64,000 bases of DNA from Labilithrix sp. Lineage in GTDB: Bacteria; Myxococcota_A; Polyangia; Polyangiales; Polyangiaceae. Location: positions 62,715 through 126,714 of the forward strand of contig JAHBWD010000010.1 in the NCBI GenBank assembly GCA_019637175.1, read 5' to 3'. The first letter of the stretch is position 1. Every line of letters begins with the position of its first letter. Position numbers and translations under genes: made by a program. The notes below the pieces were generated by a model, which searched no databases, was not told the origin of the DNA, and was given only the letters and a program-made list of their open reading frames with translations. This document shows, piece after piece, positions 58,088 to 64,000 of the stretch.

Positions 58088-58576
58088 ATGCTTCGAGCCT
58101 CGATCCCTCGCTCGCACCGCTCACCCGTCCTCGCCACCATCGCTTGCGTCGTGGGCGCCGTGGCGCTCGGCGCATGCTCGAGCAACGAGACCGGCTCGAG
58201 CAGCGGCAACCCCGCCGACGCTTCGGCGACCGAAGACTCCGCGTCGCCCGACGACGCGGGCGCCGACACCGGCGCTCCCGTCGAGCTCAACTCGTGCAAG
58301 ACGTACGTCGATCAGACGGCCGCGGGCGCGCCACGGACGATCCCGTGGGACCTCCTCACCCTCAACGCGGCGCCCGAGCGCTGCATGAAGATCAAGAAGG
58401 GCCAGACCGTGACGTGGAACGGCGACCTCGATGCCCACCCGCTCGGCCCCGAGGGCGGCGACAAGCCGAACCCGATCAGCAACACGTCGACCGTCACGTT
58501 CAACGCGGCAGGCACGTTCGGGTACATCTGCGACATCCACCCGGCGATGATCGGCGCGATCCAGGTCGTCGAGTAG
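58088..58576 (+). CDS. Cupredoxin (amicyanin/pseudoazurin-like type-1 blue copper) lipoprotein
   Basis: Lipobox ALGAC. C-terminal copper-ligand motif YICDIHPAMIG (C-x2-H-x2-M, as in amicyanin CTPHPFM), with an upstream His in DAHPLG. 162 aa. It is the only genuine part of a 701-aa track ORF. Confidence 0.75.
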   Translation: MLRASIPRSHRSPVLATIACVVGAVALGACSSNETGSSSGNPADASATEDSASPDDAGADTGAPVELNSCKTYVDQTAAGAPRTIPWDLLTLNAAPERCMKIKKGQTVTWNGDLDAHPLGPEGGDKPNPISNTSTVTFNAAGTFGYICDIHPAMIGAIQVVE

Positions 58577-58579
58577 GCG

Positions 58580-60685
58580 CTACTCGGCGGAGCCCGCGTG
58601 ACGTTGGCGTGACACGAAGAGCCCGAGCTCGCGGCCGGCGTCGATCAGGGGGAGCAACGTCGCCCGCGCGGCGAGGCGTGATTCGTCCGTGGTGAGGCCT
58701 CTTCGAAGGACCGGCGCCGGCAGGCCGAACGGGCCGCCGAAGACGGCGTCGCCGGGCCACGGCTGATCGTCGAGGTAGAAGTCCCACGTCACCGGCGCTC
58801 CGGGCGGATCGACGACGAGGTCGATCCCGACGGCGGCCGACGCGCTCGTCACGAACGCGAGATCGATCTTCCCCGCGCCGATCTTGAAGGCGTCGCGCGC
58901 GATCTCCACCGGCTCGACGGACATCGATCGAGCCTGCGTCGTCGCGTCGCCGACGGTGATCCATCCGGCGACGCGGCGCGGCCTGCCGGCGCCGGCGAAG
59001 CGCAGGTGGACGACCGCGGGCTTCGCCTCGGCCTCCCGCGCCGGCGAAGATCCGGCGACGCGCGCGTTCGCCAGCGCCGCGTCGAGGCGCGCGCGCATCT
59101 CCGCGACGATCTCGGGCTTGTCGCGCGACAGATCGCGACGCTCGCCGGGATCGTCGACGACGTCGAACAGCGCGTCGCTCGCGGCGCCTTCATGAACGAC
59201 GAGCCGATGGCGCCCGTGGAGGATCGCGCGCGAGCCGTGGTCTTCGCTCACGATCACGCGCTCCTCGGGCTCTTCGCGTCCGCGCGCGAGGCCGACGAGC
59301 GAGCGGCCGCTCGCGCGCGGGTGCGGCTCGAGCCCGAGCAGCTCGGCGACGGTCGGCGCGAGATCGACGTTGCTCACGCGCGCCTTCACTTCGCGATCTT
59401 CGGGCACGAGCCCCGGCGCGTCGATCAACAGCGGGATGCGCGCGCTGCCTCGAGACGCGGTGACGATCACGATCGTCCGCTCGCGAAGCCCCGCGTCCGC
59501 GAGCGACTGGAGCAGGGCGCCGACGGCTTCGTCGCTGCCGGAGGCCTCGGGCACGCGGGCCGAGGCGTAGCTCACGAAGGCGAAGAAGCGCGTGTCGCGG
59601 TGGTCGCGGATCCACGACGCCGCGTCGCGCGCGATCTCGAGCGCATCGCGCGCGAGGCGATGATCGGCGGTGTGCTCGAAGCCCACGTCGATCCCCAGAG
59701 GCGCGTCGCCGAGCACGGACTCGTCCTTCACGAACGCGTGCGTCGAGACCCCTCGACGCCGGAGCGCGAGCGGGAGGAGCGGCGGATCGGACGCGTAGAA
59801 GCGCGCGCCGTCCGCCGCGGGCACCGCCGCGCGCTGCGCGTCGACGCCGAGCGCGCTCGAGCGCGCGCCCGAGAGCATCGCGAGCGTGCCCGGGCGCGTC
59901 CACGAGCCTGCGGAGTAGGCGTGCGTGAAGCGCACGCCGCGCTCGCGGAGCGCGTCGACGGCGCCCAGCGAGTCGACCACGATCCAGAGCACGTCGTACG
60001 GAACGCGCGGAACGCCGCGCGCGAGGATGGTCGGGTTGCCCCAGAAGCTGACGGGCGGTCCCGAGGCCTCGCCCGCGTCGCGGCTCCCCTCGCCGGTCAC
60101 GACCGGCGAGAGCTCGGTCGAGAGGCGCAGCTCGACGATCTGACCCGCGAAGTCCGCGAGCGAGCACGAGAGCTCCGTCCACCCGCGCGCCGGCGCGAGG
60201 CGATGGCGGAGGAGCTCGTGCGTCTCCCCCTTCGCGTCGACGACCGTGACGACGTAGATCGCGTCGCGCGTCGCGCCGACGCTGCCCGCGGCGAACGCGA
60301 GCTTCGCGCCGCCGGGGACGCCGACGCGAAACGTGAACGACGCGGGCGCCGGGGCGAAGAGCGCGTCGCGCTGATCGAAGCTGCGTTCGTCGATCGACGG
60401 CAAAGCGATGCGCGTGACCCACGGCGGGGCTTCGAACCACGGCGGTCGCATCGTGCGGGCGCGCCGATCGAGCAGCCCGATGCGAGCGTCGGGCGCGTCG
60501 ACGCGCGCGCTCTTCGCGGTCTCGACGAGGCGGTGCGCGACCTCGAAGCGTTCGCCCGCGGTCGTCGCCGACGACGCGTCATGTGGAGCCGGGCGCGGGA
60601 GGGCCGCGGCCTCGTCGGCGGCGCCGCCGAGTCGCCGCGCGAGGCAGCACGCGCTCACCGCGACGAGGACGATCGCGGCGCGCAT
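58580..60685 (-). CDS. Secreted alkaline-phosphatase-superfamily (sulfatase-like) hydrolase with large C-terminal extension
   Basis: Start ATG 60685 (MRAAIVLVAVSACC signal). Core motifs YDVLWIVVDSLG and ...GSWTRPGTLAMLSG... place it in the sulfatase/phosphotransferase family, but no CxPxR formylglycine motif is present. The upstream 560 codons of the 1268-aa track ORF are junk. Confidence 0.75.
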   Translation of the reverse strand: MRAAIVLVAVSACCLARRLGGAADEAAALPRPAPHDASSATTAGERFEVAHRLVETAKSARVDAPDARIGLLDRRARTMRPPWFEAPPWVTRIALPSIDERSFDQRDALFAPAPASFTFRVGVPGGAKLAFAAGSVGATRDAIYVVTVVDAKGETHELLRHRLAPARGWTELSCSLADFAGQIVELRLSTELSPVVTGEGSRDAGEASGPPVSFWGNPTILARGVPRVPYDVLWIVVDSLGAVDALRERGVRFTHAYSAGSWTRPGTLAMLSGARSSALGVDAQRAAVPAADGARFYASDPPLLPLALRRRGVSTHAFVKDESVLGDAPLGIDVGFEHTADHRLARDALEIARDAASWIRDHRDTRFFAFVSYASARVPEASGSDEAVGALLQSLADAGLRERTIVIVTASRGSARIPLLIDAPGLVPEDREVKARVSNVDLAPTVAELLGLEPHPRASGRSLVGLARGREEPEERVIVSEDHGSRAILHGRHRLVVHEGAASDALFDVVDDPGERRDLSRDKPEIVAEMRARLDAALANARVAGSSPAREAEAKPAVVHLRFAGAGRPRRVAGWITVGDATTQARSMSVEPVEIARDAFKIGAGKIDLAFVTSASAAVGIDLVVDPPGAPVTWDFYLDDQPWPGDAVFGGPFGLPAPVLRRGLTTDESRLAARATLLPLIDAGRELGLFVSRQRHAGSAE

Positions 60686-60702
60686 CGCGAGCCCCCGCGC
60701 GT

Positions 60703-62799
60703 TCACGGGCCCACCCGCGGCACGAGGAAGCCGTCCTTCTGCTCCATCGACGCGTCGCGGAGCATCCATGCCCAGAGATCGCTCCGGAGGCGCGCGAGCT
60801 CGCCCGCGTGCTCGCTCGCGACGTCCCGCTGCTCGCCGGGATCGGCCCGCGTGTCGAACAACATGTACTTTACACCTTGACGCGTCGGCGCGTAGACGAG
60901 CTTCCACCGCTCGTCGCGGACCATCCGATGCCGCGCCGTCCGCGTGACCGCGTTCATGTCTTCGCGCATGACGATCTGCGCGCGCGCCGCGTCGATCTCG
61001 GTGAGTCCCGTGACGCCGGGATGAGGAACGCGCAGCGACGGATCGAGCGCTTGGCTCGCCTCGGTGAGCCACGGCTCGGCCTCGGCGTACGCGAGGCGCG
61101 GCTCGATCGGCTCCCCGCGGAGCGCGGGCGCGACCGAGCGACCGTCGAGATCGGGCGGCGCCTCGACACCGGCGAGCTCGTAGAGCGTCGCCGCGACGTC
61201 GACGTCGCGCACGACGCGCTCCTCGCGCAGCCCGCCCTTGCCGGCGCGCGGATCGTAGACGAGCAGCGGCACGTGGACGGCCTCGTCGCCGAGGAGGTGA
61301 TCGCCGTGTCCTCGGCCGCGGCCGTGCTCGAAGAGCGCCTCGCCGTGATCGGCGGTGACGACGACGACGGTGTCGCGCGCGAGCCCTGCGCGATCGAGCG
61401 CGCGAAGGATGCGCCCGACCGCGTCGTCGATCGCGCTCACCGCCCCGTCGTAGAGCGCGCGGACTTGACGGACGTCCGCTTCGTCGGGCGCCGCGTCGCC
61501 GCCGAGATCGACATGGTACTTGTAGCGACCGCGATAGCTCGGATCGGTGTACTTCGCGTAGTACGGCGCCGGCGCGGTGTACGGAGCGCGCGACGCCGAG
61601 AAGAAGACCGTGAGGAAGAACGGCTTGTCCTTCCTCTTCATCGCCGCGATCGCGACCTCGACGTCGTCCGCGACGACGCTCGGATCGGCCGCGACGTCGA
61701 TCGCGTTCATCGCGGGGAAGATCCAGCGCCCGAGCTGCGAATGGAGCAGCGGCAGGAGCGCCGTCTCGCGCTCGAGCGCGCGCTGCCGAGCGAGCTGCCG
61801 GAGGTCGAGCGAGGGCGCGTCGATCGTGTCGAACCCGAGCGCGATCTTCCCGAAGACGTCGCCCGCGGCGTCGCTGACGACGCCGGTCTCGTAGCCGGCG
61901 CGCGCGAGCCGCTGCGGGAGCGCGTCGAAGTCCTTCGCGCGTTCGTCCCACGTCGGGAACGTCGTTCGGATCCCGTGCGCGTGGGCGTGACGCCCCGTGA
62001 GGATCGTCACCCACGAAGGAACGGTCCGCGGGATCGAGACATAGGCACGCTCGAACTTGGTGCCCTCGTTCGCGAGCGCCGTGAGCGCCGGCGCGACGCG
62101 CGGATCGATCCGATCCGCGCGCAGCGAGCTCGCCGCGACGAGCAGGACGTTCGGGCGCCTCGCGAGCGAAGCGTGCGACGACGGCGTCGCGCGCGCCTCG
62201 GGCTCTCCCATCGTTTCCGCTGCCGCGACGGCGACGGCGATCGTCGCCGTCGCGATCGCGATCTTCCGCGGCGGCCTCACGTAGAGGAGCGCGAGCCCGA
62301 TCACGGCGAGCACGACGCCTCGCGTACCGAGCACGTCGGTCGCGCAGATCTGCACCGTCCGCGCGAGCCCGCCTTGCGCGTACCATCGCGCCGCGTAGAG
62401 CTGCGGGCTGTCGGCCATCGCCCAGAGCACGATCGCGCCGTGCACGAAGAGACAGAGGAGCGCCGACTCGACGAACTTCAGGATCGGCCTCTGCTTCGCG
62501 AGCGTGCGCTCCGAGTGCCGAAGGCGCTGCAAGACCTCGGCGACGAGCCCCACGACGAGCCCGAGCGCGATCGCCGTCGCGGCGACGCCGATCTTCATCT
62601 GCGCGATCTCGGAGGCGAAGCGCTGCGCGATGAACGTCTCGACGGCTTCGTCACGGCGAACGTCAGGGGCGAGATCGATCTCGCGGCTCGGTCGACCCGC
62701 AAACGCGGCGAGCGCCGACACGACGAGCGCGCCGGCGAACGGCGGAGCGGTCACGACGGATCGCAGCGCGCGCGAGGCCTTGCCGGCGAGCCCGTCCAT
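60703..62799 (-). CDS. Membrane-anchored alkaline-phosphatase-superfamily (sulfatase-like / phospho-transferase-like) protein
   Basis: 698 aa. The N-terminal 200 aa carries 4-5 TM helices, followed by a sulfatase-fold domain (...NVLLVAASSLRADR..., ...YVSIPRTVPSWVTILTGR..., ...VVVTADHGE...). Lacks the Cys nucleophile and resembles LtaS/EptA-type transferases. Confidence 0.8.
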   Translation of the reverse strand: MDGLAGKASRALRSVVTAPPFAGALVVSALAAFAGRPSREIDLAPDVRRDEAVETFIAQRFASEIAQMKIGVAATAIALGLVVGLVAEVLQRLRHSERTLAKQRPILKFVESALLCLFVHGAIVLWAMADSPQLYAARWYAQGGLARTVQICATDVLGTRGVVLAVIGLALLYVRPPRKIAIATATIAVAVAAAETMGEPEARATPSSHASLARRPNVLLVAASSLRADRIDPRVAPALTALANEGTKFERAYVSIPRTVPSWVTILTGRHAHAHGIRTTFPTWDERAKDFDALPQRLARAGYETGVVSDAAGDVFGKIALGFDTIDAPSLDLRQLARQRALERETALLPLLHSQLGRWIFPAMNAIDVAADPSVVADDVEVAIAAMKRKDKPFFLTVFFSASRAPYTAPAPYYAKYTDPSYRGRYKYHVDLGGDAAPDEADVRQVRALYDGAVSAIDDAVGRILRALDRAGLARDTVVVVTADHGEALFEHGRGRGHGDHLLGDEAVHVPLLVYDPRAGKGGLREERVVRDVDVAATLYELAGVEAPPDLDGRSVAPALRGEPIEPRLAYAEAEPWLTEASQALDPSLRVPHPGVTGLTEIDAARAQIVMREDMNAVTRTARHRMVRDERWKLVYAPTRQGVKYMLFDTRADPGEQRDVASEHAGELARLRSDLWAWMLRDASMEQKDGFLVPRVGP

Positions 62800-62806
62800 G
62801 CCGCGG

Positions 62807-63313
62807 CTACCTTCGTCTCGTCATCGTCGTCATCCCGCGCAGCGCACGCGAGAGCGGACGCGGCCCGGGATCGCCCGGCGCGAACCGCGCCGACAGATCC
62901 GCGACGTCGCGTCCGAGCCGCGCGATCTCGCCGCGCGGAAGCGCTCGCGCGGGCTCACCCGCGGGCCCGCGCGCGCGTTCGCAGAAGAACGTGCGGCACC
63001 CGAACGGCCGCGCTCGATACACGAGGCACGCTCCTGCGTCCGAGAGGAGCGGACACCTGCGCTCGTCGCTCACCGGCAGGCTCCGCCGCTTCGGCAGGCC
63101 TCCCCTCGCCTTCACGGCGTGCTCGAGCATCGCGAGCTCGACGGCGGTGGGATAGGGCTCGCGTCCCGTGACGCCGAAGCGGCAGCAGTCGGTGCTCGCG
63201 TCGCAGCTCCATCCTTCCATCAGCGCGTCGACCTGCGCGAAGATCTCGCGCAGCGCCGCGAACGGCTCCTTGGTCGAGCTCTGCCGTCGCTCGCGCTCGT
63301 GGCTCGCACCCAC
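62807..63313 (-). CDS. YkgJ-family CxxCxxCC zinc/iron-chelating domain protein (UPF0153)
   Basis: 168 aa with Cys pattern C-x5-CC...C-x8-C-x10-C-x3-C (WSCDASTDCCRF...RCPLLSDAGACLVYRARPFGCRTFFC). 8 nt upstream of the membrane sulfatase-like gene. Confidence 0.65.
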   Translation of the reverse strand: MGASHERERRQSSTKEPFAALREIFAQVDALMEGWSCDASTDCCRFGVTGREPYPTAVELAMLEHAVKARGGLPKRRSLPVSDERRCPLLSDAGACLVYRARPFGCRTFFCERARGPAGEPARALPRGEIARLGRDVADLSARFAPGDPGPRPLSRALRGMTTMTRRR

Positions 63314-63351
63314 GAGGTCCGTCTTTACGCCTCTGCCTGGGTTCTGGCAAA

Positions 63352-63367
63352 CGCGCGAGGTCGCGCG
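63352..63367. promoter_or_regulatory. Perfect inverted repeat CGCGCGA-GG-TCGCGCG in a 75-nt divergent intergenic region
   Basis: Lies between the start of the CxxCxxCC gene (-) and the start of the MEMO1-like gene (+). Candidate operator. Confidence 0.3.
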
Positions 63368-63387
63368 AAACTCGATAGACTAGGCGC

Positions 63388-64000
63388 GTGGCCACGGCTG
63401 CCTCGCGCCCTCGCCTTCGTCCCGTCGAGACCATCGTCGTCCCCGACCGCCGGCGCGGCCGCGTCTTGATGCTCCGCGACTCCCAGGGCGTCGCGACGAA
63501 GCACGCGGCGCTGCCCATGGATCTCGTCCCCATCGTCGCGCGCTTCACGGGCGCCCACACCTGCGTGGAGATCGCCGCGCAGCTCTCGGCCGAGGCGGGC
63601 GAGGCTGTCCCGGTGGAGCTCGTCGTGCGCCTCGCGAGCGAGCTCGAGGAGGGACTGTTCCTCGAGGGCACCGTCTACAAGGCGGCGCGCGCGAAGGTCG
63701 AGCACGACTTCGCCGGCGCCGACGTGCGTCCGGCGTCGCACGCGGGCGGCGCCTACCACGACGACGCCGCGCAGCTCACCGCGTACATCCAGAACGAGTG
63801 CTTCGGAAAGACGAGCGGCGAAGGTCACCCGAAGGAGGGCGAGCGCCTCGCCGCGCTCATCGCGCCGCACATCGATCCGTGGCGCGGCGCGCGCTGCTAC
63901 GGCGAAGCCTACGGCGTGCTCGCGCGCGCCTTGCCCGAGGACGCCGACACCTTCGTCTTGTTCGGGACGTCTCACGCGCCGATGCGCGAGCCCTTCGCGC
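63388..64000 (+). CDS. MEMO1-family protein (AmmeMemoRadiSam system protein B-like) with about 90-aa N-terminal extension; 3' end outside the window
   Basis: ORF opens after TAG 63376-63378. First start is GTG 63388 (ATG at 63466). Strong match to the MEMO1 N-terminal core: VRPASHAGGAYHDD...AALIAPHIDPWRGARCYGEAY...FVLFGTSHAP (human MEMO1: REASHAGSWY...AIIAPHAGYTYCG...IFILGPSHH). Confidence 0.7.
   Translation, partial: MATAASRPRLRPVETIVVPDRRRGRVLMLRDSQGVATKHAALPMDLVPIVARFTGAHTCVEIAAQLSAEAGEAVPVELVVRLASELEEGLFLEGTVYKAARAKVEHDFAGADVRPASHAGGAYHDDAAQLTAYIQNECFGKTSGEGHPKEGERLAALIAPHIDPWRGARCYGEAYGVLARALPEDADTFVLFGTSHAPMREPFA

Noticed and set aside
55644-58175. 843-aa minus-strand ORF, and plus-strand ORFs 55242..56474 and 56471..58576
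   Set aside because: Out-of-frame or antisense to mgtE. Only the RCC1 lipoprotein (55644-56654) and the cupredoxin (58088-58576) segments are genuine.
58580-62386. 1268-aa minus-strand ORF
   Set aside because: Only the last 701 codons (from ATG 60685) are protein-like. The upstream part is the Arg-rich out-of-frame reading of the neighbouring membrane sulfatase-like gene.

Overview
High-GC (about 70%) bacterial chromosomal segment with myxobacterial (Sorangiineae/Polyangiales-like) gene content and codon usage. About 50 genes could be supported; I found no rRNA, tRNA or CRISPR. Because of the GC content, the six-frame ORF track is dominated by long Arg/Pro/Ala-rich antisense or out-of-frame ORFs, which were discarded.

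Gene content, in order:
- 3' end of a large AAA+/TPR regulator.
- A complete K+ homeostasis block: kdpD-kdpE, two small hydrophobic peptides including kdpF, kdpA-kdpB-kdpC with overlapping stop/start codons, then two divergent kup paralogs.
- An orphan histidine-kinase catalytic domain lying in frame just after the second kup.
- An AAA+/TPR NTPase, a cytochrome c-NnrU fusion, a MepA-like endopeptidase, an unknown lipoprotein, a phospholipase-D-family protein, an RND efflux pump with its membrane-fusion protein, and the two 3-oxoacid CoA-transferase subunits.
- A vapBC toxin-antitoxin pair followed by a strongly structured element bounded by inverted repeats.
- An NB-ARC/TPR regulator with a C-terminal OmpR/SARP-type winged helix (AfsR-like but with domain order reversed), sitting divergently against a membrane-anchored Ser/Thr kinase. 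The kinase is followed by a cytochrome P450, an AspH-like oxygenase gene whose reading frame is broken twice, and a hypothetical gene.
- Two tandem VWA lipoprotein paralogs, an ATP-dependent DNA ligase ending in a QLKLF beta-clamp-like motif, and a small Cys-rich lipoprotein.
- An S46 peptidase, a Wzc-type tyrosine autokinase, a putative outer-membrane barrel, and a CBM9-like lipoprotein.
- ffh, a small lipoprotein, an FAD oxidoreductase, purN-purM, an RCC1-repeat lipoprotein, mgtE, and a cupredoxin.
- Two alkaline-phosphatase-superfamily (sulfatase-like) hydrolases, a CxxCxxCC-domain protein, and the 5' part of a MEMO1-family gene.

The most interesting regions are the kinase-regulator-oxygenase locus (30.2-38.3 kb), the repeated long inverted-repeat elements at 10.06 kb and 29.83-30.2 kb, the ligase C-terminal motif, and the orphan HATPase domain.
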